Shown here piece by piece: positions 1-11,913 of a stretch of DNA of 64,000 bases. Position 1 is the stretch's first letter; each line of letters begins with the position of its first letter. This DNA is from Eledone cirrhosa (taxonomy: Eukaryota): positions 43,710,001 through 43,774,000 of the forward strand of contig OZ024740.1 in the NCBI GenBank assembly GCA_964016885.1. The letters run 5' to 3'. The translations under genes were made by a program, and so were the position numbers. The notes below the pieces were generated by a model. That model worked only from the letters and a program-made list of their open reading frames with translations, had not been told where the DNA came from and did no database searches.

Positions 1-3000
1 CATTGCATCCCGTACTTCAGCGGTTGTTATCGGCTTTTCGCAACACTCCGCCTCAGTGGGCGAAAGCCGCGGCAGTCCGTCGAGATAGACACTAAAGTCC
101 ATCCCTCGATCCGGTCCGCCACTGCCCCCGAACAGTTGAGCGAAGTGTCGCTGAAAAGCTTCACACATTTGCCCGGGATCGAGTAGCATGCGCCCGTCGT
201 GGTCCACCAAAGACCGGATCGTGGCTTTGTTGCCACGACGCGCTTCCGCCACTCGGGCCCATTGAACGGCTTTCGTCCCCTCGTGTCTGAGAGCACGCAC
301 CCTAGCTCTGACAACGCAGCCTTCGTGCTTTGCATTGAAGAATTGGTCAAGGGCCAATTTCGCCGCAAGTACGTCGGTCGCGATGCCTTTGCTAAGCACC
401 TCATCTAATTTTCTAACTAATTCTCCCTCTGCTCTATTTTTCTCTATTGCTAAAGTCTTACTAAACCTAATGGACTCTATTCTAATTGCTCTTTTCAGAG
501 CAAACCACCACTTGTTGTTGACGATGGCCCCCGTCAACGCCCGCTTAACTAGTTCGCTAATCCGGTCTCTGTAGGCCTTGCGCGCTGGTAAGGACGCGTT
601 TAGCTTCCAGTAGCCGGGTCCTCGTCTATGAAGCCTATCTAAGTCAAGCACACAGATCACGAATTTGTGGTCCGTGTAGCTGGCTATCTTGAATTGTGGA
701 CAGCCTATGCTAGACCTATCTATTTCCCTACAAAATACTCTATCTAGATATGATCTGGATGACCATATGCGATTTGTCCAAGTCCACATTGGTACATTCG
801 GGAAATCCATTTGGTACCTGTCAGACAGTTCAAAACGTCTGAGCAGGTTGGTGAGACTCTTGCACCCTCCTTCCCTATCCACTAATCCCACACAATATCA
901 GCGTGCATCTAAGATCCCGTTCCAGTCGCCCACTAACACTAAAGAGCGGGACGTTCCAAGAAAGGTCTCCAGACGCCGGAAGAAATCAGGCCGCCCTGCT
1001 CCTGTCGGGGCATAGACGGCCACTAACCTGAAAGCTTGCCCGTCTCCGCTGGTCACGTCCAGCACCACCAACTTACCTTCTGGGTCCAGGAAGATGGCCC
1101 GTATGGCAAGATCCAAACCTCTCCGAAAAAGCACAGCAACTCCTCCCCCCGATCCCGGACGGCTGGGAGATGCGTACACATCGTAGCCGCCGAAGATCGG
1201 TGCGAAAGCCTGTGCTTCGGAGATTCTGGTCTCGCTGATGGCCACTACATCTATGTTTAGTGACCTGAGGTCGTTGAGCAGGTGGCCCTGCTTCCATGAC
1301 GACCCCAAGCCACGCGCATTTATGCTGCCTATTCTGAGTGAGGTCATGTTGAAAAGTAGTGGAAAAGATGGGAAAGACCACTTACCTTACTTCTCGTAGG
1401 GGAAGGACGGTTTTTCCATCCTTTTCACTGCTTGTGGCCTCCTCAGGAAGGATGTCCTTATAAATCCTCCTGGAGAGTGCTTGTCGGAAGTCTCCGATGT
1501 CTTAGGGGAATTTTTGTTTTAGTGTCATGTACGTTTTTTGTGTGATGCGAGTGATTTGTATGTGTGGAGGTGGTGTGAATTTTGGGGTTGTTGTGTAGTT
1601 TCTTTCTGTGATGCTGGTGTTGTGTTGGATGTAGTGTAATAATTGCTTGTTGTTCAAATTTAATGCTGTGTAGTGTGTATCGTTTTGGTTGTTTTGTTTT
1701 GTTTGCGTTTGTTGTGGGTTTGTTTCTGTTTCGCATTTTGGTGACTTTTGTGGTGTAGGTGATGGTGGTGTTGGAGTTAATGATGGTGATGGTGTTGGTG
1801 TTTGGGTTGATGGGGTTGGTGATGCTGGTGTGGATGGTGGCATATCTGTCCTAACTTTTTTGTTTCTTAGTTTATTTGTTTCCCTCTGTATTTTGTTTTT
1901 GGAGGGGGAAGGAAGAGAATTTTTTCTTTTTTGGTTTCTTTTTTTTTTCCGGATATCGTTTCCCAGTCCTCGTCGTCACAATCTGTCTCCAGTTGTGATA
2001 AGCCGGGGAGTGGAAAATCCTCCGCAGCCGTTAGTTTTGGTTGTGGTGTGGTGGATGGTGTAGGCGCTGGTGCTAGTTCTGAAGCGTTGGGTGGTGGTGG
2101 TGTTGGTTCTGCTACTGTTGCTGGGGTTGTTGCTGTTATAGTTGCTTCTGTTGTTGCTGCTACAGTTGTTGCTGCCATCTCTGCTACTGGTGGTGTTGAT
2201 GGTTGTGTCACTGGGGTGGGTAGGAGAGGTGGCCTCAACCTTTTAGCCTGAGGGCAGAAAGCCCTTAGGTGGGTTCCTTCACCACAAACGACACACCTAG
2301 GTCTTCTGCCCTCGACAATTACCGTGAGGTGGCTGCCGTCAGTGAGGTCTATTACCTCTGGGATCTCCTCAATGCTTTTTTGGTCCGCTTGGATTAGGAG
2401 CTCCATCCCAGATCCGGACCAGTTTTCCTGCTTTTCTTTTGCTATTGCTATTATTTTCGTGTTGGCTTCGATGCCGGCGAGGACAGCCGCTATTAGCCAG
2501 GGAATTTCGATGGCCGGTGGAACGTGGGTCACCCTGATCTTTACGAGTCTCTGGCCACAATAGCTTGGGACGAGTGTGAAGTCGTCACTTTTTAATGGGG
2601 CCATGGAGTGTTCTCTAGCCTCCTCTGGTGTTTCAAAGAACACATCCACGGTTCCATACTTTTGCCCACGTCTGATGTGGGTTTTTCTTGCCCACACATG
2701 TCCCAAAGCTTTTTGGATTTGGGACTCGGATGCCCGTTCCACTCGGCGCGATTTTACATTTATTGTTCTATACGACACGGTGCATAGGCGCCGATGCTCC
2801 ATTTTATTAGGTGGGGGGTGAGGCTGACCCTGTACCCATTTTTCTTTACCATTTGTTTGGCATTTTCTAAATCGTCTTGAGTTACCGTGAATGCTTCAAA
2901 TTGTTTTGCTACTATGGCGAAACTGAGGGTCGGTTTTATAATGTCAATGTTGTTGTTGTTGCTATCGTTATTTGTGTTAATATTAATTTTAGTTTCAGTT

Positions 3001-3555
3001 GTGGTTGTGGTGACATCAGTCGTCTTTGGTGCGGAAGAGTCCATTTTGCTTGATTTCATTTCGACATCACGAGTTAATTTATTTTTTTCTTCTTTTGTTT
3101 CTGTTGTCGCGGTGGTGGTGGGGTGGTGGTTGTCGCGGTGGTGGTGGTGGTGGAGGCTTTAAAACCTGCAGTCATTGGTAATGGCGGGAAATGAATGTCT
3201 GCCTGAGACAAATTAAAAATATTGCTACTGCTTATATTTTTTTTTGTGTTGGCAAACGTAGTAACATTTACAATGGTGGTGTCGGTGTGAGGTGTTATTT
3301 TGTGAGAAAGGCTTTCAGCTGCTTCGTGCAGAGGTGAAGTAGCCATTTTTTTTTCAAAGAAATTTTTTGATAATAATAAAAGTTAAAATTTTGGGCACAA
3401 GGCCCCAATCTTTTTGGGTGTCCTTTTCGGAAAACAATGTATGTGTGCTTATAAACAGTTAACAATAAAATTTTCCATAAATGGCAATTTTTAACAAACG
3501 GAAATAACAAACCTTTGCGGAGCTCACGATGATACGATTTACTACGTAGGTCGCC
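1..3555 (-). mobile_element. Tx1/L1-clade non-LTR retrotransposon, copy A1 (5' UTR, ORF1, start of ORF2; runs off the window start)
   Basis: ORF1 pieces 2760-3059, 1867-2802 and 1502-1843 with a CCHC knuckle (CVVCGEGTHLRAFC). APE endonuclease at 898-1347 (SINARGL, SETR, VYAP, GDWN), interrupted by stops. 5' end abuts (AAT)n at 3556. Confidence 0.9.
1867..2802 (-). pseudogene. Tx1 ORF1 (gag-like, CCHC zinc knuckle, Thr/Pro-rich tail), frameshifted
   Basis: CX2CX4HX4C motif. Homologous to 29686-30313 and 30327-31104. Confidence 0.8.

Positions 3556-3607
<52 letters not shown>
3556..3607. repeat. (AAT)n microsatellite linking two Tx1 copies
   Basis: Seen directly. Confidence 0.95.
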
Positions 3608-3608
<1 letters not shown>

Positions 3609-6600
3609 TTTCATTTATTAGCCACAAGGACCGACATGTAGGGGACAATACAAAGACAGGGACAGTGGGGGTTTACAATAAGGTCGAGTAAAAGTGCACA
3701 ATGGCAAGACTAATTTAACAATGAAAATATAAAAATATAAAATAAACTATGCAAAATATAACAAAATAAATTCCCCGATAGGGGGTGGACGACCCTGGGG
3801 TGATTCGGGAACCCCACCAATCCTGAACCACCCTGCGCTTCTAGGGCACCCAGGAGAGCACCCCTCTCCTCAAGTTAGCCAGCCTATAGGCGCATGGTCA
3901 GAGTAGGCCCATTCACACGAGCCATTCTCGCCACATTCACCCACCTTTTAGCAAATGTACTGGTGAAACTTGAAGAAGTTGATGAGGGATTGGCCGAAGA
4001 GAAAGTGTCTGTCTTTAGTCCTTTCAACCTGGTCCACCATATAATCTCTTTCGCAACTGCCACCAGACAGAGGAAAATGTCCTGCTCTTCCTGACCTAAG
4101 GAAGGTGGCGGCTCGATCTTCACCATGGACTCGGCCGATAACCGGATTCGTTCCACACGCGACAGTAGCTGTTCGACATAACTCCACAAGTCAGTAATGC
4201 ACGGACATTGCACAAGTGCGTGCAGAACGGTTTCGTCGTTCTGTGCGCATCTTGGGCAGGTCCGTCTGACAGCACTTCCGTGCCTGTAGAGTTTATCCCT
4301 AACCGGCAGTGCCCCCCGGTAGCACTGCCAAGCGAGGGATTTCTGGAAATTGTCCATCGTCCCCGGCTCAAAAGTCCTCCGGTACAGACTGGTCAGTTCG
4401 ACTTCGTCGAGGCCCAAAGCTTCTCCGAGTGCGTCATCGCACTTGCCCACCACTAATCCTCTATAGAACTCGAGAGTGGAAGTTCCACTGATCGCATTGC
4501 CCGCTTGGTAGAGGGCAGTGAGTGCCTGGCAACATTCCAGGTGCCAGTCACCCAGTCTCGGTCTCTTCTTGACCCAGGACTGCAGCTGAGTCAAAGAAAT
4601 GAGCTGCGGAAAGGCCCGTCTGATAAACGGCGACCACACCTGTTCACCATTGAGGCAGAATATCTGGAGATGTCGCAGCCTCAACGCATGTCTGCGCATC
4701 ATTAACCACGGCGTGCCCAGCCCTCCGCGTAGAGGGTGCTGGCAGCAGATGGACCGCCTCACCAACGGAACTTGTCCCCTCCACAAGAATTTGAAGAGGA
4801 GCCGTTCCAACTTGACGAGGCGCGGACGGGGGCAAGGCACGACGGTTAGGCGGTAATAGATGACGGACGCGATGTACGCATTCGCCACCTCCGCGCGACC
4901 TTTCAGTGATAGCTTCCTCCCAGCCCATTTTTGGGTGAGACTGGCTACTCTGCTCGTTACCTCGTCCCAATTCTTTTCCACCTGGAGGTCTGGTCCGAAC
5001 CAAACCCCAAGCAACTTTACTGGTCCGTCCGTCCAGCGCCCCACGACACTGTTGGACGGCATGGGCTTGCCTCTCCAGGTTCCGAGCTGCAAGCCCACCG
5101 ACTTTTCCGGGTTAAGTTTAGCTCCTGTCAACCTTTCATATTCCTTCAATAAGGTGCCGACCACCTCGATTTCTGAGGTGTTCGACACCATCACGGTTAT
5201 GTCGTCCGCATAAGACGACACCGCCTTTCCACGTCCCGGTTCGAGCGGGATGCCCTGCAACAGCTCCAGCTTCCGCAGTAAAGGCTCGAGTGTCAATACG
5301 TACAGAGGGGAAGAGAGAGGGCACCTTTGACGGACCGATCGGGAGAGCCGAAATGGTTCCGAGAGATGGCCATTAACCTTGACCACCGAGCGTGTGCCGC
5401 TGTGCATTGCAACGATCCAGCTTCTAAAGACAGGGCCGAAGCCAGCTGCTTTGAGGACAAACTCCAGATACCGATGGTCGACCCTATCGAATTCTTTCGA
5501 TTGATCTAAATTGATCAGTGCCTCACCGAAGCCAGGTTTACACCCTACCCTCTCTATGATGTATCGCATGAGGTGGAGATTGTCGTGTATGGACCTGGCT
5601 GGGATTGCGCAAGTTTGCGCCTCCCCAACCAAATCCTCGACGACAAGCGCCAATCTCTTTGCTAACACCTTGGCCAAAATCTTAAACTCTGTGTTGAGCA
5701 GAGTTATGGGCCTGAAGTTGTCTAATGTATCCCTCTTGTTCTCGTCTTTCCTTATCAGCGTCACCACTTCCCTGCTCACAGAACTGGGAATACTCCCATT
5801 CTGCTGCCAGTTACAGTAGAGTGCTTCGAGGTGTTCGGAGAACAAGTCTGGCATATTTACGTAAAGCTCGTAGGGCAGGCTATCCAAACCGGGTGACTTG
5901 CGCCTCATGCAGCCGACAAGGGCGTCCTGAATTTCGGCTGAAGTAATCGGCCTTTCGCAGCGCTCAGCGTCGACCGTCGAGATGCGCGGCAAGCCGTCAA
6001 GGTAGGGGCTGAAATCGGCTACTCTCTCTGACTCGCCACTCTCCCCGAACAACCGAGCAAAGTGCTGGCGAAAGGCCTCACACATCCGCTTGGAATCGCT
6101 TATCTCGTGTCCGTCTCGGTCCGCCAAAGACCGAATTGTGGTTTTATTACCACGCTGCGCCTCCGCCACGCGGGCCCATCGAACAGCTTTAGTTCCCTCG
6201 TTTCTCAGCGCACGCGCCTTAGCTCTGACAATGCAACCTTCGTGTTTGGCATTGAAGAAATGATCTAATGTCATTCTCACCGCTAGCACGTCAGTTGCGA
6301 TGCCACTACAAATAGCCTCGTCTAACTTATCTACCAGCTCCCCCTCCTTTCTATTTTTCTCTAACGCTAGTTCTTTGCTGAACTCTATCGAAGTTACTCT
6401 AATCTCTCTTTTGAGAGCCCCCCACCATCTGTTGTTGATGATCCCCCCTGTCAACTTTTGCTTAACTAACTTATTGACTCGGTCCCTGTAAGCCTTACGT
6501 GCCGGAAATGACATGTTCAGCTTCCAGTAACCCGGTCCTAACCTACGCGTTTTATTTAGGTCGACCGTACAGATCACAAATTTGTGATCTGAATAGGCGA

Positions 6601-7340
6601 CCGTTTTAAAAAGCGGACAGCCCACACTATTTCTATCTATTTTCCTAATGAAGATTCTGTCTATATACGATCTAGATGACCCCATTCGGTTGGTCCATGT
6701 CCATACTGGCACATTGGGGAAGTCTAGTCGATACCTGTCAGACAGTTGGAACTGGCTGAGTAGGTGCTTGAGGCTTTTGCACACCCCTCTCCTATCGGCT
6801 ACTCCCACACAATCCCAGCGTGCGTCTAAGATGCTATTCCAGTCCCCCGCTAACAGTAAAGGGCGAGAAGTACCCAGAAAGGTCTCCAGGCGCCTAAAGA
6901 AGTCAGGTCGTCCGGCCCTTGTAGGGGCGTAGACGGCCAGCAGTCTAAAGGCACCACCTTCGCTACTGCTCACATCCAAGACCACCAACTTACCGTCCGA
7001 GTCCCGGAAGATCGACCTTACCTCGAGATCCAGTCCTTTCCTAAACAGCACTGCCACCCCACCCTCCATTCCCGGCCTGCTAACAGATGCGAAGATCTGA
7101 TAGTCGTCTAAAATGGGGGCTAGTGCACGCGTGTCGGAAATTCTGGTCTCGCTTACGGCAATCACATCCATTTCCAGCGACCGGAGGTCGTTGAGCAGGC
7201 GACCCTGCTTCCAGGGTGACCCCAGGCCGCGAACATTTAAACTTCCTACTCTTAATATGGCCATATTGGTAAGCTAAGAGAGAGAGAGGGAAGGTTTACT
7301 TACCTCCCGGGTCTTGTGAAGGTCGGGTGGTTCGACCTCC
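3608..7340 (-). mobile_element. Tx1-clade LINE copy B, 5'-truncated just upstream of ORF2, flanked by (AAT)n on both sides
   Basis: Contains ORF2 at 3884-7264. The 3' UTR ends GTGGCTAATAAA followed by (ATT)n. Confidence 0.92.
3884..7264 (-). CDS. Tx1 ORF2: APE endonuclease, reverse transcriptase and C-terminal CCHC finger (1126 aa; probably inactive)
   Basis: GDWN and SDH (APE); KSPGLD, FRPITLLN, YADD (RT); CPRC..ETVLHALVQC. Substitutions at conserved sites (KEFDRV, RQRCPLS) and an apparent frameshifted segment near the C-terminus. Confidence 0.9.
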   Translation of the reverse strand: MAILRVGSLNVRGLGSPWKQGRLLNDLRSLEMDVIAVSETRISDTRALAPILDDYQIFASVSRPGMEGGVAVLFRKGLDLEVRSIFRDSDGKLVVLDVSSSEGGAFRLLAVYAPTRAGRPDFFRRLETFLGTSRPLLLAGDWNSILDARWDCVGVADRRGVCKSLKHLLSQFQLSDRYRLDFPNVPVWTWTNRMGSSRSYIDRIFIRKIDRNSVGCPLFKTVAYSDHKFVICTVDLNKTRRLGPGYWKLNMSFPARKAYRDRVNKLVKQKLTGGIINNRWWGALKREIRVTSIEFSKELALEKNRKEGELVDKLDEAICSGIATDVLAVRMTLDHFFNAKHEGCIVRAKARALRNEGTKAVRWARVAEAQRGNKTTIRSLADRDGHEISDSKRMCEAFRQHFARLFGESGESERVADFSPYLDGLPRISTVDAERCERPITSAEIQDALVGCMRRKSPGLDSLPYELYVNMPDLFSEHLEALYCNWQQNGSIPSSVSREVVTLIRKDENKRDTLDNFRPITLLNTEFKILAKVLAKRLALVVEDLVGEAQTCAIPARSIHDNLHLMRYIIERVGCKPGFGEALINLDQSKEFDRVDHRYLEFVLKAAGFGPVFRSWIVAMHSGTRSVVKVNGHLSEPFRLSRSVRQRCPLSSPLYVLTLEPLLRKLELLQGIPLEPGRGKAVSSYADDITVMVSNTSEIEVVGTLLKEYERLTGAKLNPEKSVGLQLGTWRGKPMPSNSVVGRWTDGPVKLLGVWFGPDLQVEKNWDEVTSRVASLTQKWAGRKLSLKGRAEVANAYIASVIYYRLTVVPCPRPRLVKLERLLFKFLWRGQVPLVRRSICCQHPLRGGLGTPWLMMRRHALRLRHLQIFCLNGEQVWSPFIRRAFPQLISLTQLQSWVKKRPRLGDWHLECCQALTALYQAGNAISGTSTLEFYRGLVVGKCDDALGEALGLDEVELTSLYRRTFEPGTMDNFQKSLAWQCYRGALPVRDKLYRHGSAVRRTCPRCAQNDETVLHALVQCPCITDLWSYVEQLLSRVERIRLSAESMVKIEPPPSLGQEEQDIFLCLVAVAKEIIWWTRLKGLKTDTFSSANPSSTSSSFTSTFAKRWVNVARMARVNGPTLTMRL

Positions 7341-7380
<40 letters not shown>

Positions 7381-8185
7381 TTCTTTGAGTCTTAGTCATT
7401 GATGTTAGTTATCTGGAAAGTTTGTTGAAATGAATATCAAGCCACTACCTGCAGCCTCAGATATTAAGGACGTATCGGAGGGTTCTTGCTGTTCCCAGCA
7501 AGCATGCCTTTTGAAGCGTTCCAAAAAGCGTGAAGGGGCCAATTTTCTTTAACCATCCCTGGAAACTTTTTGAGATAGTACCTAGTGCGCCTATGACAAT
7601 CGGGGCCACTTTGACTTCATGGCAGTTCCAAATCCTTTTTACCTCCCACTTTAAGTCCTGGTATCGGTTAATTTTCTCCCTCACCTTCTCTTGCACTCTC
7701 GTGTCGAATGGGCAGGCCACATCCACAATCAGGCACGATCTTTTTTCTTTGTCCAAAACCACCAGGTCAGGTCTATTGTGTTCCAGTTTCTTGTCCGTCT
7801 GTATCCTAAAATCCAACAGCACCTTCACCTGATCGTTTTCTATCACCCACTCTGGCTTATGCTCATACCACTTCTCAGAATGTGGTAAATTGTTTACTTT
7901 GCATAGGTGCCAGTGGATCCCCCTGCCCATCACATCATGTCTCCAGCCCTTATAGTGAGTCTGGGCTAGGTGTTTACACTCGGATACAATGTGAGCCACA
8001 GTCTCCTCTCTCTCTCCACAGATCCTGCACAGTGGGCTAGCCTCTCCTTGTAAATATGGTGTTTCAACCACTTCGTTTTGAGGGCCTGCTCTTGCGCAGC
8101 CATTAATATTCCTTCTGTAGCCTTTTTAAGGTCTCCTCTTTTCAACCAGTTCCATGTCTGTGGATCTCTGAATTCAGTTTTCTCA
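7381..8185 (-). mobile_element. R4/Dong-like RLE LINE 3' fragment (zinc knuckle + restriction-like endonuclease)
   Basis: ORF 7457-8071: CRICGEREETVAHIVSEC, RHD, RPDLVV..IVDVACP, K..RY..L. (AAT)n on both sides. Confidence 0.88.
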
Positions 8186-8214
8186 ATAATAATAAGAAAA
8201 TAATAATAATAATA

Positions 8215-8530
8215 ATGAAATTATTGTGTAGAGTGCTCAGGTGCACTACAACTCATCAAAGGTGCATGTATAGTACATAGAATAATCTACAAATGTCAGG
8301 GAAGTGAATAATGTATGAGTCATGATATACACGCAGATATATGTGTGCGTGTGTATGGACGGTGAATATTAGGTGTAGTGTTGGCGAATCTCAGGAAACA
8401 TGGATGTTTTAAAGGATGCAGTGTCTCGGCAGCTAACAACTGATGCAGGTAGTTTGTTCCATGCTTCAGCATCTCTGAGCGTGAAAAGATGTTTCCGAAA
8501 GTCATGGGAACTGTGCTGTTTTCTGACGTT
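8215..8530 (-). mobile_element. CR1/L2-like LINE 3' fragment
   Basis: Minus frame reads HDFRKHLFTLRDAEAWNKLPASVVSCRDTASFK, the typical CR1 ORF2 C-terminus. Followed by an (ATT)n tail. Confidence 0.75.
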
Positions 8531-8657
8531 TCTTAATGTTTCACGTTTACTAATATTTTATTGCAGTATTTCATGCTAGCTGAACTATTGCAGTTACGAT
8601 ACTTGCTGCTGAACAAAACATTGATTGTTGCTGTTACACATTATATTGATAATGATG

Positions 8658-8845
8658 GGCGGTGGATTGGCAGTATCAGTAGGGGTTGGGACACCATGCT
8701 TTGACGGATAGAGTTACGGCCCTTGTCATTCTGAGTTCAAATCCCGCCGAGGTTAACGTTGCTTTTCAACCTTACGGGGTCGATAAAATAAAGTGCCAGT
8801 AATGTACTGAGTAATTTGCCGGCCTTGTGCCAAAAGTAGAAACAA
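8658..8845 (+). mobile_element. tRNA-derived SINE, family 1, with ~18-bp TSD (ATTATATTGATAATGATG)
   Basis: B-box GAGTTCAAATCCC, central CCTTACGGGGTCGATAAAATAAAGT, tail GGCCTTGTGCCAAAAGTAGAAAC. More than 10 related copies in the window. Confidence 0.85.
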
Positions 8846-9618
8846 TTATATTGATAATGATGATGATGATGAAGATGGCCATGAACACGACCAACAACAC
8901 AGCTCAATCATCATCACCACCAAAACCAGCACGACCATTCCATCCGCCACCCTTATCATCATCATCATCATCAGCATCTAGATCATGATCATCACCTAAC
9001 ATTTTTGTTCCTTTCCTTTGAGTTCTGACTTCTTGTGTAGCCATCGTTAGTGTAGCACCGCCAACGGACCTTTTATTCCTTTGGTAGAATCCATTCAGTT
9101 GCAAGCATACAGGCGATGTGTGCAGTCTGAGTATAGCTTCATCCCTTTCTCACACTATTCTAGGTGGTCCACTATTCAAGGTGGTCCTGAAAAATAAATA
9201 AAAGAACATGGAAGTTACATTTCTCTAACCTCTTTGTCTAAGTGATCATGATCAGTAAAACAACCATTGATCTCCTATTCCTGGGTAAATGCTGTCTTAC
9301 CATGTACATAACAGCGAACATTATCTGCTGCCTAAGCTAACAAGAAAGTTTCCATATAATATATAAATTTCAGTAGTATACATAAGTAAATTATATACAT
9401 GCGGGTCATTTGAGAAGTGTGGGTTGTACTGTATTATATTGTTAGCAGAGAGCGACTTGGGGACATGGCTTCTTATTAAATGTATTCGAAGCAACCTTGT
9501 TTCCAAGGTAACCCCTATTCCTTACACGTAACACGACTCGCAACCGATCCCACAACAACTGGTAAATAGATATGCATAAAACACACACATAGACAGACAC
9601 ACGCAAACAAACACACAC

Positions 9619-9732
<114 letters not shown>

Positions 9733-9951
9733 GGAGAGAGAGAAGGACAGATAAATATAAAGAAAGGCAGATACACACACACTCACACATATAGAAAGAC
9801 ACACACATATAAACGCAGATAAACAAACACAGACATACAGAAACATGCCTAGAAATATATAGAACTGTGTCTATATCTTTCTGCATATATCTGTATGTGT
9901 GCATATGGGAGCTTTTGTGTGTGTGATAGTGAGAAAAAACAGAGGATAAGT

Positions 9952-9996
<45 letters not shown>

Positions 9997-9998
<2 letters not shown>

Positions 9999-10737
9999 AA
10001 GGCGGGTAAAATTCCCGAGATCCATGGACGAGTTCTCTCCAGCGGTCTCTGTCCCTCATTATCGCTGCCATATCCTGCATCTCCAACAGACCAGTGTCTG
10101 TCCTTAGGGCATCAACATATGTTAACCTTGGTCTTTCTCTTCTAGTGTGTCCATGTAGGGGCTCCCAAAGGAGCACTGAGTGCAATGTCAACTCTGGATG
10201 TCGGTGAGCATGTCCAGCCAACCTCAGTCTCCTCTGTGTCACTTTTGAGCGGACTTTTGGGATGCTCCCATACAGCTCTGAGTTTTTCATCCTCAGTGTA
10301 TACTGATTAATGTTCAGAGCCATCCTCAGCATTCTCGTGTAGCACCCATCCACCATCTGAGTGAGTCTCTTGGTCAGTGTCCAAGTCTCAGACCCATACA
10401 GCAGCACAGACTCCACTACAGCAATGAAGAGGCGGATTTTCAGGTCTCTACGAAGGTCCGACTTCCACACCGATCTCAAGCTGTGACACGCCGCCCAGGC
10501 CTTGCTCTTCCTCTCAACCACATCATCTTCTGTATTCCCAATCTTTGCTCCCAAATACAGGAAGTCCTCAACCAATTCCAGCGGCTTCCCGCCTACATTA
10601 GTGATCCCCTCTGGCTTCTCAACATTCTCTACCAGATATTTTGTTTTAGTCTCATTCATTCTCAGCCCCACACTCATCGACACAGTCTCAACCTCCCGCA
10701 TCAAATCCTCTGCCTCCTTCACTGTATTTGTCATCAA
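9997..10737 (-). mobile_element. RTE-clade LINE 3' fragment inserted in (TA)n
   Basis: Open 246-aa frame: [31 protein letters not shown]. (TA)n immediately on both sides. Confidence 0.88.
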
Positions 10738-11790
<1,053 letters not shown>

Positions 11791-11913
11791 GTAACAAAAA
11801 CAAAAGCAAACTCAGAAAAAGCTGCTGTATATCAACTAATGGTGGAATAAAGACATTATTGCTCTCATTTTATGAGACGTTTTCATTAACTGCTTAACAC
11901 GAAATAAGGAAAA

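Noticed and set aside
3894-6932. Plus-strand ORFs overlapping Tx1 ORF2
   Set aside because: Antisense shadows of the GC-richer RT frame.
8990-9200. Possible minus-strand exons with acceptor-like TTTTTCAG (also ~19780-19910 and a donor at ~35575)
   Set aside because: Stops in the frames examined, no recognisable protein and no consistent exon chain; RNA-seq would be needed.
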